Below, one piece after another: positions 45,683 through 61,213 of a DNA stretch of 64,000 nt. The translations under genes and the position numbers were made by a program. A model generated the notes under the pieces. It saw only the letters and a list, made by a program, of their open reading frames with translations. It did no database searches and was not told where the DNA came from. Origin of the DNA: an uncultured Actinomycetes bacterium (GTDB lineage: Bacteria; Actinomycetota; UBA4738; HRBIN12); contig CAVPIB010000001.1 of the NCBI GenBank assembly GCA_963704885.1, positions 736,001 to 800,000 of the forward strand, written 5' to 3'. Position 1 is the first letter of the stretch. Every line of letters starts with the position of its first letter.

Positions 45683-48600
45683 GTGCTGGACGTCAACTAC
45701 TTCGATGAACTCCGGATCGGTCTTGCGCAGGCCGATCAGATCCGTGCCTGGTCCAACGGCGAGGTGAAGAAGCCGGAGACCATCAACTACCGAACGCTGA
45801 AGCCCGAGAAGGACGGCCTGTTCTGCGAGCGGATCTTCGGTCCCACGCGGGACTGGGAGTGCCACTGCGGCAAGTACAAGCGCGTCCGGTTCAAGGGCAT
45901 CATCTGCGAGCGCTGCGGTGTCGAGATCACCCGGAGCAAGGTCCGCCGCGACAGGATGGGACACATCGAGCTTGCCGCCCCGGTCACCCATATCTGGTAC
46001 TTCAAGGGCGTTCCCTCTCGCCTGGGCTACCTGCTTGACCTCGCCCCAAAGGATCTCGAGCGGATCATCTACTTCGCCGCCTACGTCATCACGCGGGTCG
46101 ACGTGGATCGCCGGCACAAGGAGCTGCCGGAGATCGAGAGTGGACTCGAGGAAGAGAAGCGCGAGATCGACATCGACCGCGACGAGCAGGTCAAGCGCCG
46201 CCTGAACGAGCTCGAGGATCGACTGAAGGAGCTCGAGGCCGAGAAGGCCAAAGGCGCCCAGCTCTCGGCCGCCAAACGTGAGGCTCAGCGCGACGTCGAG
46301 CGCATCCACGAAGCCGCCGGCCGCGAGACACAGCACCTCGACGATGTGTTGTCCGCATTCAAGGGGTTGTCGATGAAGCAGTTGGTGGCCGACGACAGCG
46401 TCTACCGGTCGCTCCGCGAGCGGTTCGGCGACTACTTCGACGGTGGTATGGGGGCAGAAGCCATCAAGCGGCTGCTCTCGGACTACGACGTCGAGGCCGA
46501 GTCCGCCGTACTGCGCGATCAGATCGAGAACGGCAAAGGGACGCGACGCCTGAAGGCCATCAAGCGGCTCAAGGTCGTGTCCAACTTCGTCGACGGACGT
46601 TCGAACCCGATGGGCATGGTCCTGGACGCGATCCCGGTCATCCCACCCGACCTGCGTCCCATGGTGCAGCTCGACGGGGGTCGGTTCGCCACATCGGATC
46701 TGAACGACCTTTATCGCCGCGTGATCAACCGGAACAACCGGTTGAAGCGACTCCTGGATCTCCAGGCCCCAGAGATCATCGTCAACAACGAGAAGCGGAT
46801 GCTGCAGGAGGCCGTCGACGCACTCTTCGACAACGGCCGCCGTGGCCGTCCCGTCACAGGGCCTGGCAACCGCCCGCTGAAGTCACTCTCGGACATGCTG
46901 AAGGGCAAGCAGGGTCGGTTCCGCCAGAACCTGCTTGGCAAGCGCGTCGACTACTCCGGCCGATCGGTGATCGTGGTGGGCCCCGAGCTCCGGCTGCACC
47001 AGTGCGGCCTGCCGAAGCAGATGGCGTTGGAGCTCTTCAAGCCTTTCGTGATGAAGCGGCTGGTCGACCAGGCGCTCGCGCAGAACATCAAGAGCGCCAA
47101 GCGGATGGTCGAGCGCGCCCGTCCCCAGGTTTGGGACGTGCTCGAGGAGGTCATCCGCGACCACCCGGTCATGCTGAACCGCGCACCCACGCTCCACCGC
47201 CTCGGTATCCAGGCGTTCGAGCCCGTGCTCGTGGAGGGCAAGGCCATCAAGATCCATCCACTCGTCTGCCAGGCCTTCAACGCCGACTTCGACGGAGACC
47301 AGATGGCGGTGCACGTGCCGTTGTCAGCCGAGGCGCAGGCGGAGGCGCGGATCCTGATGCTCTCAACCAACAACATCTTGTCGCCGGCGCACGGTCGTCC
47401 GATCGCCACGCCAACCCAGGACATGGTGCTCGGCCTCTACTACATGACGCTCGCGATCGAGGAAGACACCAAGGACAAGGACACGCCCGCGTTCGCATCA
47501 GCGGCGGAAGCTCTGTTGGCCCTGGACGCCGGTTTCTCACTCCAGCGTCCCATCCGCATCCGGCTGGAGGGCAAGAAGCTCCCGGCCGAGATGCTGCCTG
47601 AGGGTTGGGACGCGTCCAACGGACGCGCTCCGGTCATCCGCACCACGATCGGTCGTGTGATCTTCAACCAGGCGTTCCCCGACGACTTCGAGTACCGCAA
47701 CACCCCGGTCGTCAAGAACGACATCGCGCGGTTCGTCGATCAGACCGTGCACGACTACGACCGCGCCCAGGTCGAGCAGGTTCTCGACAACCTGAAGAAC
47801 CTGGGCTTCCACTTCGCCACCCGCGCGGGTGTGACGGTGGGGGTCGAAGACGTCACCACGCCGCCGTCCAAGGCGAAGATCCTGGATGAGCACGAGAAGC
47901 GGGCCCAGAAGGTCGAGCAGCAGTACCGACGCGGCATCATCACCGACGACGAGCGCCGCCAGGAGCTGATCGAGATCTGGACCCAGGCGACCGACGAGGT
48001 CAAGGACGCGATGGAGGCCCAGTTCAAGCCCACCAACCCGATCTTCATGATGGCCAACTCGGGCGCCCGGGGCAACATCATGCAGATCCGTCAGCTGGCC
48101 GGCATGCGCGGTCTGGTGGCCAACCCGAAGGGCGAGATCATCCCGCGGCCGATCAAGTCGAACTTCCGCGAGGGTCTGTCCGTGCTGGAGTACTTCATCT
48201 CGACGCACGGGGCTCGCAAGGGGTTGGCCGACACCGCACTGCGGACGGCCGACTCGGGGTACCTGACGAGGCGACTGGTCGACGTGGCCCAGGAGCTGAT
48301 CATCCGCGAGGACGACTGCGGCTCAGACCGGAGCGTTCCCGTCCAGGTCAACGTCCCGAGGCCCGACGGCTCTGTCGTTCGCGCGGCACACATCGAGACC
48401 AGCATCTTCGGCCGCGTCTTGGCCGAGGATGTCAAGGTCGGAAGTAAGAAGGTGGCCCGGGCGGGCCAGGAGCTCACCGACGAGCTCACCGAGGTCGTCG
48501 TGATGTCCGGCGTCGAGTCGGTGCGGGTCCGCTCGGTCGTTACGTGCGAAGCAGAGGTCGGTGTCTGCCGACTGTGCTACGGCCGCAACCTCGCATCGGG

Positions 48601-49588
48601 GCGGGTCGTCGACATCGGCGAGGCGGTGGGGATCATCGCCGCGCAGTCGATCGGTGAGCCCGGCACGCAGCTCACGATGCGGACGTTCCACACCGGCGGG
48701 GTCGCCGGTGAGGACATCACGCATGGTCTGCCTCGCGTGGTCGAGCTCTTCGAGGCCCGCAAGCCCAAGGGAGAGGCCCAGATCACCGAGCTCTCGGGAA
48801 CCGTCTCGATCGAAGACGACGACGAGAAGCACGTCCGGCGGATCCGCGTGACGGACGAGACCGGCGATATGGTCGAATACCCGGTCTCGTTCCGGGCCAG
48901 GCTGACGGTCTCGGACGGGGAGGCCGTCGAGGTCGGGCAGCGGTTGACGGAAGGTTCGGTCAACCCCCACGAGAAGCTGCGTGTGGAGGGCGTCCAGGCT
49001 CTGCAGCTGCACATGGTCGAAGAAGTGCAGCAGGTCTACCGCAGCCAGGGCGTGACGATCCACGACAAGCACATCGAGCTGATCGTGCGTCAGATGCTCC
49101 GCAAGGTGCACATCATCGAGCCAGGTGACACGGTGTTCCTGCCGGGCGACATGGTCGCTCGGCGCGTCTTCGAGGAGACGAACGCCGATGTGGTCGAGAG
49201 CGGTGGTACGCCCGCCTCGGCTCGCCCGGTGCTTCTCGGGATCACGAAGGCGTCACTCGCAACTGACTCGTGGCTCTCTGCGGCTTCGTTCCAAGAGACG
49301 ACGCGCGTGCTCACCGACGCGGCTATCGGCGCACGCTCCGACCCCTTGCTCGGACTCAAGGAGAACGTGATCATCGGCAAGTTGATCCCGGCTGGTACAG
49401 GGATGCCGCGGTATCGCAACGTCCAGGTGCGGATCAAGCCCGAGGCGATCCCGGAGTACTGGCTCGCTCGCCAGCGCGAGATCCTCGCGGCAGTGGAGAG
49501 CGGAGGCGCCGAGCCCGCCCTCGTGGGGCTTACGCGCGAGCAGGCCGAGGAGATGCTAGGCGGGACGATCTCGGTTTCCGAAGAGTAG
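45683..49588 (+). CDS. rpoC: RNA polymerase beta-prime subunit
   Basis: N-terminal Zn finger, NADFDGD, actinobacteria-type coiled-coil insert near the N-terminus. Confidence 0.99.
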   Translation: MLDVNYFDELRIGLAQADQIRAWSNGEVKKPETINYRTLKPEKDGLFCERIFGPTRDWECHCGKYKRVRFKGIICERCGVEITRSKVRRDRMGHIELAAPVTHIWYFKGVPSRLGYLLDLAPKDLERIIYFAAYVITRVDVDRRHKELPEIESGLEEEKREIDIDRDEQVKRRLNELEDRLKELEAEKAKGAQLSAAKREAQRDVERIHEAAGRETQHLDDVLSAFKGLSMKQLVADDSVYRSLRERFGDYFDGGMGAEAIKRLLSDYDVEAESAVLRDQIENGKGTRRLKAIKRLKVVSNFVDGRSNPMGMVLDAIPVIPPDLRPMVQLDGGRFATSDLNDLYRRVINRNNRLKRLLDLQAPEIIVNNEKRMLQEAVDALFDNGRRGRPVTGPGNRPLKSLSDMLKGKQGRFRQNLLGKRVDYSGRSVIVVGPELRLHQCGLPKQMALELFKPFVMKRLVDQALAQNIKSAKRMVERARPQVWDVLEEVIRDHPVMLNRAPTLHRLGIQAFEPVLVEGKAIKIHPLVCQAFNADFDGDQMAVHVPLSAEAQAEARILMLSTNNILSPAHGRPIATPTQDMVLGLYYMTLAIEEDTKDKDTPAFASAAEALLALDAGFSLQRPIRIRLEGKKLPAEMLPEGWDASNGRAPVIRTTIGRVIFNQAFPDDFEYRNTPVVKNDIARFVDQTVHDYDRAQVEQVLDNLKNLGFHFATRAGVTVGVEDVTTPPSKAKILDEHEKRAQKVEQQYRRGIITDDERRQELIEIWTQATDEVKDAMEAQFKPTNPIFMMANSGARGNIMQIRQLAGMRGLVANPKGEIIPRPIKSNFREGLSVLEYFISTHGARKGLADTALRTADSGYLTRRLVDVAQELIIREDDCGSDRSVPVQVNVPRPDGSVVRAAHIETSIFGRVLAEDVKVGSKKVARAGQELTDELTEVVVMSGVESVRVRSVVTCEAEVGVCRLCYGRNLASGRVVDIGEAVGIIAAQSIGEPGTQLTMRTFHTGGVAGEDITHGLPRVVELFEARKPKGEAQITELSGTVSIEDDDEKHVRRIRVTDETGDMVEYPVSFRARLTVSDGEAVEVGQRLTEGSVNPHEKLRVEGVQALQLHMVEEVQQVYRSQGVTIHDKHIELIVRQMLRKVHIIEPGDTVFLPGDMVARRVFEETNADVVESGGTPASARPVLLGITKASLATDSWLSAASFQETTRVLTDAAIGARSDPLLGLKENVIIGKLIPAGTGMPRYRNVQVRIKPEAIPEYWLARQREILAAVESGGAEPALVGLTREQAEEMLGGTISVSEE

Positions 49589-49645
49589 TCGCGGCCGGGC
49601 GACCGCCGGCTTCCGGCGTTCGGTCGGGGGTGTCGGTTCGACCGC

Positions 49646-50431
49646 TCACCTCTCGGCGGCGAGGCGGAGTAGCTCGGCGTGGACGGGCGTCGGGCCCGCC
49701 AGGATGTCTCCGGCGAGGTAGTCGGGGCCGCCCTCCCAATCGGTCACCCGGCCACCGGCCTCTTCTATCAACAGACCGCCTGCGGCAACGTCCCAGGGAG
49801 ACAGGGCCAGCTCGAAGAAGCCGTCGAAGACGCCGGCGGCTACCCAAGCGAGGTCGAGCGATGCCGCGCCGGGTCGCCGAAGATCCTCGAAGCGGCCCAG
49901 CGCCGCGTTCATGGTGCGGAGGTAGCGGGGGACAACCTCCTTGTGTCGGAACGGGAATCCCGTTCCGACGACGGCTTGCTCGGGGGATCTCCGGGAGACG
50001 CGCAGGGGTTCGCCCTGGCGGTTGCCCTCGCGTTCGACCCGAGCTCCGTGTCCCCGTGCACCGAGGTAGGTCTCACGCAGGAAGGGGGCATGGACGGCGC
50101 CGGCCACCGGGCGGCCCTCCTCCACCAGCGCGACGGAGACGCCGACGATCGGGAACCCGTGTACGAAGTTGGTTGTTCCGTCCAGAGGATCCACCAGCCA
50201 GTACAGGTCACTAGCGGAGCCGCCGTGCTCCTCGCCCACGACCGGGATACCCGGGGCGGAGTGAGTCAGGAATTCGGCGATGGCGCCTTCGCTCGCCCTG
50301 TCGATCTCCGTGACGTAGTCACCGGCCGCCTTCTCGCTCGCCATCGGATCTTGACCGGCGGCGAGGATGGTGACCCCACCCACCCGGGCCGCCTCACCGG
50401 CGAGGGACGAGAGGTCGGCGAGCGAAAGCAT
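49646..50431 (-). CDS. Inositol monophosphatase family protein (SuhB-like)
   Basis: VTEID, GEE, DPLDGTTNF, WDVAAG; ATG 50431 lies 7 nt after TAGCGT. Confidence 0.9.
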   Translation of the reverse strand: MLSLADLSSLAGEAARVGGVTILAAGQDPMASEKAAGDYVTEIDRASEGAIAEFLTHSAPGIPVVGEEHGGSASDLYWLVDPLDGTTNFVHGFPIVGVSVALVEEGRPVAGAVHAPFLRETYLGARGHGARVEREGNRQGEPLRVSRRSPEQAVVGTGFPFRHKEVVPRYLRTMNAALGRFEDLRRPGAASLDLAWVAAGVFDGFFELALSPWDVAAGGLLIEEAGGRVTDWEGGPDYLAGDILAGPTPVHAELLRLAAER

Positions 50432-50517
50432 CTGACGGACGCTATCAAGGCCAGAGGCCCGGCCGCGCGGCCGGGCCTCTGGCAGGTCATCGGTCGCCGG
50501 TGATCGCCGGCTCCTGG

Positions 50518-53500
50518 TCAGGAGACGGCGATCACCACCTTCTCGACGGTCGTTCCGACGATGACCTCGCTCGTCATACGGGCGATCAGCGGGTGGTCGC
50601 CCGCGGAGCCGCCGAGAGCGTCGTACGTGATCGTGAGGGAACCTCCCGCCGCCGGCGGCGAGGTGAGGACGCTCCAGCCTGTCTCTGCGGCCGGCACGGA
50701 CACGAGCGCGGCGGCGCTCGAGCCGTCGCGGTTCTCCGCTCCGATCTCCAGACCCGAGCCAGCGTCGCCGAAGCCCGGCACATCGAGGCCATACACGAAC
50801 GTCACTGCCTCCGTCGCCCCCTCCTGGATCCATATCTGGAACGAAACCGTGGCCACCTCGTCGTAGAAGCTGACGCTCGACCATTCCAGGATCACCCAAG
50901 AGTCGATGCCGTCGGTGAGCTCGCCCGCGAACATCTGGCCGCCGAAATCCGGGTTCAGGTCGGTCCAGAACGGAGCGATTACGTTGTTCGGTCGCGCAGG
51001 ATCAGGGAGATCCTGTGGGATGTAGTTGACGTCGGAGGAGTCGCCCCCGCCGATCACCACGTATCCGTCAGACACCATGCCGACCTCGTCGTACGTCTCG
51101 CTCCCGTACTCGAAGCTCGACACGCCGAAGTTCGTGATGGTCTCATCGCCGACGCCGCCGAGTGGGGCGAAGAAGCCCGCCAGCGGGACGTAGCCGTACG
51201 GTGGGCCGCCCGGATCGATCGAGTCGATGGTCGGGGGAACCGCGGGGTCCAGCGATCCGCTGAAGGTGAACCCGGTCCCTCCTGGGACACCGGGCGCCGA
51301 GACGTTCTGGATCGCGAGATCCGGGTCATCCGGACTCGAGACATCCAGGTCGACGTTGGCCGCGCCGGAGTTGAAGTTCTGGAGCGTGACCTGGCAGGCC
51401 GCGCTCTCCCCGACACCGATCGACGTCGGGTCGCACGAATGCGACATCGTGACGTCAGCCTGGTTCTTGATCCAGGCCACGGGGATGAACACGTCGTTCT
51501 TGAACGACCCCGCATCCAGGGTGATGCTTCCGAAGTACTGTCCGTCGGCCAGGTCGACGCCTGAGATGGTGACGTCGATCTGCAAGGTCCCCCCGACGGG
51601 CACCGCCCAATCGGGAGAGGTGACTTCGATAGCCGCCCCTGCCGGCGCGCTGGTGCTTGCCGTGAAGGTCAGAGGAAACCCGGTCACGTTCAGCCCGTAC
51701 CTGGTCGTAGACACCTCGCCCGGCATCACGGTCGCGTCGATGCTCGGCAGGTTCAGGTCGATCCATGTGCTCGGATCGAGCCCGGCCGCCATGTACTCGG
51801 CCGACGTGACGTCGAACGTCAGAGTGGGCTTGACCGCGCGGTTCGCACGGATCGAGCCCGCTCCGTCGTCGAACGGGTCGGCGGGTGTGATCCCGTCCTC
51901 CTTGGTCGCGGTCTGCAGCGATGAGGTCATCAATGCCGACTTGACCTGTCCGGGGGTCCAATCCGGGTGGGCCGCCTTCACGAGGGCGGCTACTCCCGCG
52001 GCGTGCGGGCTGGACATCGAGGTGCCCGCGATCGCCTGGAAGTACTCGCCCGGTGGCCCCGCAGCGGGGTCCACCGGTTCGGGTGTGTTCCCGGCCAGGA
52101 TCTGGAGCCCCGGCGCGGTGACGTCGGGCTTGATGAACCCGCCCACGGGCCCCCGAGACGAGAACGTCGTCATCTGGTCCGCGTGGGCCGGCCGCGCCCG
52201 GCCGGTCCTCCAGAAGGCTCGCACCTGGTCGTGCGCACCCAAGAAGGCCAGCAAGGTGTTGGCCGGTTCGGGTCCCTCGAGCATCACCGTCGGGATCCAG
52301 AAGTTGTCCGTGAACAGATCCTGGTGGGTTGGGTTGTACAGGATCATCCCGGCCGCCCCGCCCTGAGACACGTTCAGAGCCTTGACGTTGCGGCCGGGGC
52401 TGCGTTCGCAGAGCACCACCTCGTTCGTTGCCATACCGGGGGTCATCGGGGTCTCGCAGAACGGATCGCCGTACCCCGCAACGTCCGCGGCGGAGACGAC
52501 GATCCTGCCGAAAAGGCCCCTGGTTATCGACGAGCCCTCAAGCTTGAGGTGGGCGCCGTCGGATGCCCGCAGGTGTAGGTCGGTCAAGTAGGAGCGAGGA
52601 CCATACGAAGCGCCGACCGTGGTCACCCAAGGACCACCGTGTTCGGCCGTAGCCGGCCCGGGTCCGGAGTTCCCGGCGGAGGCGTTCACGTCGACGCCGG
52701 CGCTGTACGCGTCCAAGAACGCCAACTCGACCGGGTCGGAGTACGGAACCGCTCCGCCGCTGATGGAGAAGTTGATGACGTCGACCCCGTCAAGGATCGC
52801 CTGCTCGACCGCGGCGACGGAGTCTGAGTTGTAGCAGCCCTGGAGCAGGCAGACCCGGTACATGATGACCCGGGCCCCAGGGGCCATACCGCTCACCCAC
52901 CCGCGCCTCAGGCCGAAGATCGACGCCTTCGTGGGAGCGCCGGCGGCGGTCGAGGACGTGTGCGTCCCGTGGCCGTCGGCGTCTCGGGCGGAGCACTCGA
53001 GCGTGGCGTTGTTGCAGAACTCGCCGGGCTCAGCCCCGGTGATCAGCATGTACGTGTCAGTGAAGGCGTAAGAACCGATCAGCTTGTTGTTACAGCTGAA
53101 CGGTGCGCCGAGGAGCGGGTCCGAACCGTCGCCGAACTCGCAGCCGAAGGTGCCCGGGAACGAGCCCAGGCCGAGGTCCTTGAACGACCGGTGCTCGGGC
53201 CAGATGCCCGTGTCCAGCACGCCAACGATGACGTTCCTGCCGGCCTTCCTCGATCCGCCCAGGTGGGGCCAGACCTGATCTGCGCCCAAGAAGTGTGGCG
53301 TCGTGTTGGTTAGGGGCTTGGCTCTGTTGTCCCGTTGGACGGCGACGACTCCTGGCACCCTGAGGAGGCTGCGGATCCGACCCGCCGGAACGAGCATCGA
53401 CGCTCCTCCGTAGGCGATCCGGTACGTGCGGAGCATCTGAGCGCCCCTGACCTCGGCGCGGACGGCCGCCACGATCTCGCGCATCCGAGCGCTCAGGTAG

Positions 53501-53895
53501 CGCTGATAGGCGCGTACGCGACCCGTTGTGCTTCTCAGACTCTTCCCCGTCACGCTCGGACTGGTCGCCCGAAGTCCGGAGATGCCGCCCGCGTAGCTCG
53601 CCACCGGGTCGACGTCGAACCTAACCATCACGGGGACGAGCCTGTTGCCGCGCATCTTGAGCAGGCTTCGATCCGAACGTGCTAGGCGGGCGCTCGGGGC
53701 CTTTGCCGCGCTGATGGTCTTCCCGACAGATGGAAGCGCCCGGGCTGACAGCTTGGGTGCGGCGCCCACGGGCACAGACAGTGCGATGACTGCGATGAAC
53801 ACCGTGATGAGCGACAGGATGGCTGTTCGCCGCGAGACACGGAACGATGACGTACGGCTTCCCCCTCCCCAGGTGGACCATCGGGATACTGACAC
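50518..53895 (-). CDS. Secreted multidomain S8 subtilisin-like serine protease
   Basis: Signal peptide, I9-like propeptide, triad motifs VLDTG / HGTHT / GTSMS, PA-like insert, beta-rich C-terminal domains (IAPFWTDL). Confidence 0.93.
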   Translation of the reverse strand: MSVSRWSTWGGGSRTSSFRVSRRTAILSLITVFIAVIALSVPVGAAPKLSARALPSVGKTISAAKAPSARLARSDRSLLKMRGNRLVPVMVRFDVDPVASYAGGISGLRATSPSVTGKSLRSTTGRVRAYQRYLSARMREIVAAVRAEVRGAQMLRTYRIAYGGASMLVPAGRIRSLLRVPGVVAVQRDNRAKPLTNTTPHFLGADQVWPHLGGSRKAGRNVIVGVLDTGIWPEHRSFKDLGLGSFPGTFGCEFGDGSDPLLGAPFSCNNKLIGSYAFTDTYMLITGAEPGEFCNNATLECSARDADGHGTHTSSTAAGAPTKASIFGLRRGWVSGMAPGARVIMYRVCLLQGCYNSDSVAAVEQAILDGVDVINFSISGGAVPYSDPVELAFLDAYSAGVDVNASAGNSGPGPATAEHGGPWVTTVGASYGPRSYLTDLHLRASDGAHLKLEGSSITRGLFGRIVVSAADVAGYGDPFCETPMTPGMATNEVVLCERSPGRNVKALNVSQGGAAGMILYNPTHQDLFTDNFWIPTVMLEGPEPANTLLAFLGAHDQVRAFWRTGRARPAHADQMTTFSSRGPVGGFIKPDVTAPGLQILAGNTPEPVDPAAGPPGEYFQAIAGTSMSSPHAAGVAALVKAAHPDWTPGQVKSALMTSSLQTATKEDGITPADPFDDGAGSIRANRAVKPTLTFDVTSAEYMAAGLDPSTWIDLNLPSIDATVMPGEVSTTRYGLNVTGFPLTFTASTSAPAGAAIEVTSPDWAVPVGGTLQIDVTISGVDLADGQYFGSITLDAGSFKNDVFIPVAWIKNQADVTMSHSCDPTSIGVGESAACQVTLQNFNSGAANVDLDVSSPDDPDLAIQNVSAPGVPGGTGFTFSGSLDPAVPPTIDSIDPGGPPYGYVPLAGFFAPLGGVGDETITNFGVSSFEYGSETYDEVGMVSDGYVVIGGGDSSDVNYIPQDLPDPARPNNVIAPFWTDLNPDFGGQMFAGELTDGIDSWVILEWSSVSFYDEVATVSFQIWIQEGATEAVTFVYGLDVPGFGDAGSGLEIGAENRDGSSAAALVSVPAAETGWSVLTSPPAAGGSLTITYDALGGSAGDHPLIARMTSEVIVGTTVEKVVIAVS

Positions 53896-53986
53896 GAGGG
53901 GCGACCATCGTGCATAGGCCTTTAGGCTCCTGCGGAACGCTTCATCCCGAACCTGCCCGGCCGGCCCCCTAACCGGGCCCGCCCGG

Positions 53987-54016
53987 TTGACACTTCGTGT
54001 GTGCCACCTGTAGCTT
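53987..54016 (+). promoter_or_regulatory. str operon promoter
   Basis: TTGACA-N18-TAGCTT about 170 nt upstream of rpsL. Confidence 0.72.
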
Positions 54017-54185
54017 TATCGGTCGCGCCTCGGCTCGGCGGGCTGCCGGGCGCGCCTCAGTTCCGGTTCCCGGGGGAGGACCTCAGAGCGACGCGTTTCG
54101 TGCTGCTCCGAGGGATGATGGCTCGCGGGTTGGGTAACAGCTCGACCCCGGTGTTTGACAACGAAAGAGTGCAGACGAGAGACCT

Positions 54186-54560
54186 ATGCCCACGATCCAA
54201 CAGCTGGTTCGGAAGGGGCGCGAGCGCCCTAAGACCAAGACCAAGAGCCCCGCGCTCAAGGGGTCTCCGCAACGCCGTGGCGTCTGCACCCGTGTCTACA
54301 CCACCACCCCCAAGAAGCCGAACTCTGCGCTGCGCAAGGTCGCGCGAGTCCGCCTGACCTCTGGTATGGAGGTCACGGCCTATATCCCCGGAGTCGGCCA
54401 CAATCTGCAGGAGCACTCGATCGTGCTGGTACGTGGGGGGCGCGTTAAAGACCTCCCGGGTGTCCGGTACAAGATCGTCCGCGGGACGCTTGACACTGCC
54501 GGCGTGAAGGATCGTCGTCAGGCCCGCTCCCGGTACGGCGCGAAGAAGGGCGGCGAGTAG
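54186..54560 (+). CDS. rpsL: 30S ribosomal protein S12
   Basis: [30 protein letters not shown]. Confidence 0.99.
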   Translation: MPTIQQLVRKGRERPKTKTKSPALKGSPQRRGVCTRVYTTTPKKPNSALRKVARVRLTSGMEVTAYIPGVGHNLQEHSIVLVRGGRVKDLPGVRYKIVRGTLDTAGVKDRRQARSRYGAKKGGE

Positions 54561-54562
54561 CC

Positions 54563-55033
54563 GTGCCGCGCAAGGGACCTGCCGTAAGCCGCGAGGTGCT
54601 CCCGGACCCCGTCTATCAGAACCCGCTCGTCACGCAGCTGATCAACAAGGTGTTGCTACACGGTAAGAAGACGGTGGCCGAGCACACCGTCTACAAGGCG
54701 CTCGAGATCATCTCCGAGCGAACGGCCAACGACCCGGTGATCACGCTGAAGAAGGCGGTCGAGAACGTTCGCCCGATGCTCGAGGTGAAGTCCCGCCGCG
54801 TAGGAGGAGCCTCGTACCAGGTCCCGATCGAAGTCAGGCCGCAGCGTGGGACGACCTTGGCGCTCCGCTGGCTCGTCAACTACAGCCGGGCGCGCCGCGA
54901 GAACTCCATGGCCGAACGGCTGGTAGCCGAGATCATGGACGCCGCCAACGGCGCCGGGACCTCGGTCAAGCGTCGCGAGGACATGCACAAGATGGCCGAG
55001 GCGAACAGGGCATTCGCGCACTACCGATGGTGA
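54563..55033 (+). CDS. rpsG: 30S ribosomal protein S7
   Basis: [25 protein letters not shown]. Confidence 0.99.
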   Translation: MPRKGPAVSREVLPDPVYQNPLVTQLINKVLLHGKKTVAEHTVYKALEIISERTANDPVITLKKAVENVRPMLEVKSRRVGGASYQVPIEVRPQRGTTLALRWLVNYSRARRENSMAERLVAEIMDAANGAGTSVKRREDMHKMAEANRAFAHYRW

Positions 55034-55095
55034 CCGAAGAGGAACGTCGAGCCGGCCTCCAGGGGCCGGTTTCTCATGACAGGGGGGTCGCCTAG

Positions 55096-57252
<2,157 letters not shown>

Positions 57253-57273
57253 GACCACAGCGGGAGGTAGACC

Positions 57274-58458
<1,185 letters not shown>

Positions 58459-58507
58459 ACGACACCGAAGTAGTCTGACCCAGACTAGTAGAGAGGCACG
58501 AGCGACC

Positions 58508-58816
58508 GTGGCAGGACCGAAGATCCGGATCAAGCTCCGGGCCTACGACCACCGGATGTTGGACGTGGCGGCTCGAGACATAGTCGAGCATGTGACGCGC
58601 ACCGGTGCGAAGGTCGTTGGTCCGGTGCCTCTGCCGACCGAGCGCACCATCTACACGGTCATCAGATCGCCGCACAAGTACAAGGATTCGCGTGAGCACT
58701 TCCAGATGCTCACGCACAAACGTCTCATCGACATCGTCGACGCAACGTCGAAGACGGTCCAGGAGCTCCAGCGCCTGAACCTCTCGGCGGGAGTGGATAT
58801 CGAGATCAAGCTATGA
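58508..58816 (+). CDS. rpsJ: 30S ribosomal protein S10
   Basis: [27 protein letters not shown]. Confidence 0.98.
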   Translation: MAGPKIRIKLRAYDHRMLDVAARDIVEHVTRTGAKVVGPVPLPTERTIYTVIRSPHKYKDSREHFQMLTHKRLIDIVDATSKTVQELQRLNLSAGVDIEIKL

Positions 58817-59457
58817 GTCAAGTCAAGGGCATCTTGGGCGAGAAGCTGGGCATGACCCAGATCTTCGAGGAGACGCGGGCCATCCCGGTCACGGTCATCA
58901 AGGCCGGCCCCTGCTTCGTCGCCCAGGTGAAGACGATGGAGTCCGACGGCTACGACGCAGTCCAGCTGGCGTTCGCCGATACCACGCCCAACAAGCCACT
59001 CCAGGGGCATTTCGATGCACATGGCGGCAAGCCGGGACGGCATCTGGTCGAGCTGCGGACCGACGACGCGTCGAGCTACTCGCCTGGTCAGGAGTTGCGG
59101 GCCGACGTGTTCGTCGCGGGCGACCGCGCCGACGTGGTGGGCGTCTCACGTGGGAAGGGATTCTCCGGTGTCATGCGGCGACACGGGTTCAGTGGACTCG
59201 GATCGAGCCACGGAACCGAGAAGAAGCATCGGTCCCCGGGCTCGATCGGAGCCTGTGCGACGCCGTCGCGGGTCTTCAAGGGCATGCGGATGGCCGGGCA
59301 GCACGGGAACCAGCGCGTGACGGTGTTGAACCTCGAGATCGTCCAGTCTGATCCTGAGCGCAACCTCCTGCTGGTCAAAGGCGCCGTTCCGGGCCCGAAC
59401 GGTGGGCTCGTCATGGTCCGCTCGGCCGTGAAGGCTCCCGCTGGGAAGGGTGTCTGA
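58813..59457 (+). CDS. rplC: 50S ribosomal protein L3
   Basis: [22 protein letters not shown]. Confidence 0.98.
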   Translation: MSQVKGILGEKLGMTQIFEETRAIPVTVIKAGPCFVAQVKTMESDGYDAVQLAFADTTPNKPLQGHFDAHGGKPGRHLVELRTDDASSYSPGQELRADVFVAGDRADVVGVSRGKGFSGVMRRHGFSGLGSSHGTEKKHRSPGSIGACATPSRVFKGMRMAGQHGNQRVTVLNLEIVQSDPERNLLLVKGAVPGPNGGLVMVRSAVKAPAGKGV

Positions 59458-60089
59458 TGGCGACCATCGAGCTCCGAGACGCGCAGGGGAAGAAGGTCGG
59501 CTCGTGTGACCTGCCAGCCGGGGTGTTCGAGTCCACGGTGAGCGTTCCGCTGATGCATCAGGTCGTGGTCGCAGGCATGGCTGGGATCCGCGCCGGCACG
59601 CACTCCACGAAGACACGGGGCGACGTCTCCGGCGGGGGCAGGAAGCCGTGGCGTCAGAAGGGCACAGGCCGTGCGCGGCAAGGCTCGATCCGGTCGCCCC
59701 AGTGGGTGGGCGGTGGTGTCGCGCACGGACCGCACCCGCGCGGACATGAGATGCGCGTGAACAAGAAGATGAAGCGTGGTGCGCTCCGGTCGGCGCTCTC
59801 CGATGCGCTGCAGAGCGGGAAGCTCGCCGTCGTGAACGACATCTCGTTCGACCAGCCGAGAACGCGCGAGGCGGCAGGGTTGCTCAAGGCGCTGGAGCTC
59901 GAAGGCAAGGTGCTCGTGGTCCTGCCGGAACCTCAGGACGTTGTTGAGCGGTCCTTCCGGAACCTACCGTTCGTCCGGATCGCCTACGCGAAGAGCCTGG
60001 GCACCTACGAGGTGCTACGGGCCGACCGCGTGCTGTTCACGGAAGCGGCGCTCGGCGTGCTCGAGGGGGCCAGGGGGGTGGCGGAGTGA
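59457..60089 (+). CDS. rplD: 50S ribosomal protein L4
   Basis: KPWRQKGTGRARQGS. Confidence 0.98.
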   Translation: MATIELRDAQGKKVGSCDLPAGVFESTVSVPLMHQVVVAGMAGIRAGTHSTKTRGDVSGGGRKPWRQKGTGRARQGSIRSPQWVGGGVAHGPHPRGHEMRVNKKMKRGALRSALSDALQSGKLAVVNDISFDQPRTREAAGLLKALELEGKVLVVLPEPQDVVERSFRNLPFVRIAYAKSLGTYEVLRADRVLFTEAALGVLEGARGVAE

Positions 60090-60379
60090 AGTCGCCACGC
60101 GACGTGATCATCCGGCCCATCGTGTCCGAGAAGTCCTACGCGGGGATCGAGCTGAACACCTACACGTTCCTGGTCGACCCGCGCGCGAACAAGACCGAGA
60201 TCAAGGAGGCCGTCCAGACGATCTGGGAGGTCAAGGTGACCTCGGTGAACACTCTGAACCGGCGAGGCAAGACGAAGCGCCGGGGCTGGACCAAAGGCAA
60301 GCGCGCCGACGAGAAGCGCGCGATCGTGACTCTCGCGCAAGGCGACTCGATCGAGATCTTCGAAGGTGGGTTGGGATAA
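60086..60379 (+). CDS. rplW: 50S ribosomal protein L23
   Basis: RPIVSEKS, ANKTEIK, VNTLN. Confidence 0.97.
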   Translation: MKSPRDVIIRPIVSEKSYAGIELNTYTFLVDPRANKTEIKEAVQTIWEVKVTSVNTLNRRGKTKRRGWTKGKRADEKRAIVTLAQGDSIEIFEGGLG

Positions 60380-60382
60380 CCG

Positions 60383-61213
60383 ATGGCCGTTCGCAAATAC
60401 AAGCCCACGACCCCGGGTCGACGCGGCGCCAGCGTGTCCTCGTTCGAGGAGATCACGCGGTCGAAGCCCGAGAAGTCGCTCGTCGCCAAGGGTCGCAAGA
60501 AGGCTGGGCGCAACGTCCACGGGCGGATCACGGCGCGGCACCAAGGTGGCGGCAACAAGCGGCGCTACCGCATCGTGGACTTCCGCCGGAACAAGGACGG
60601 GGTCCCAGCCAGGGTCGCGCAGATCGAGTACGACCCGAACCGGAGCGCGCGCATCGCGCTGCTTCACTACGCCGACGGTGAGAAGCGATACATCCTTGCG
60701 CCGCAGGGCGTCTCGGTCGGCGACACCCTGCAGTCGGGGCCCGACGCCGAGATCCGCCCGGGCAACGCACTGCCGCTTCGTAACATCCCGGTCGGCACTG
60801 TGATCCACGCGATCGAGCTGAAGCCAGGAGCCGGCGCGAAGATGGCTCGCTCCGCCGGCACCAGCGTGCAGCTGATGGCGAAGGAGGGTCGATACGCTAC
60901 CCTCCGTCTCCCGTCCGGTGAGACCCGGCGGGTGGAATCCACCTGCAAGGGCACCGTGGGCGTGGTGGGCAACCCGGAGCACGAGCTGATCTCGCTCGGA
61001 AAGGCTGGACGCGCCCGCTGGAAGAACAGGCGCCCGTCGGTCCGCGGGGTGGCCATGAACCCGGTCGACCACCCGCTGGGTGGAGGCGAGGGCAAGTCCT
61101 CCGGAGGCCGTCACCCAACGTCGCCGTGGGGTAAGAAGGAAGGCCGCACGCGCAAGAAGAACAAGGCGTCGAGCAAGTACATCGTCCGTCGCCGTGGGAA
61201 GGGTCGTGGCTGA
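60383..61213 (+). CDS. rplB: 50S ribosomal protein L2
   Basis: [23 protein letters not shown]. Confidence 0.99.
   Translation: MAVRKYKPTTPGRRGASVSSFEEITRSKPEKSLVAKGRKKAGRNVHGRITARHQGGGNKRRYRIVDFRRNKDGVPARVAQIEYDPNRSARIALLHYADGEKRYILAPQGVSVGDTLQSGPDAEIRPGNALPLRNIPVGTVIHAIELKPGAGAKMARSAGTSVQLMAKEGRYATLRLPSGETRRVESTCKGTVGVVGNPEHELISLGKAGRARWKNRRPSVRGVAMNPVDHPLGGGEGKSSGGRHPTSPWGKKEGRTRKKNKASSKYIVRRRGKGRG

Noticed and set aside
49646-50899. 417-aa version of the IMPase ORF
   Set aside because: The extension overlaps the S8 protease gene; the domain begins at ATG 50431
54186-54560. Streptomycin-resistance alleles in rpsL
   Set aside because: Both key lysines (PKKPNS, RVKDLP) are wild type
55051-55075. 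Terminator between rpsG and fusA
   Set aside because: A hairpin is present but the U-tract is weak and it lies inside a normally co-transcribed operon; function cannot be supported
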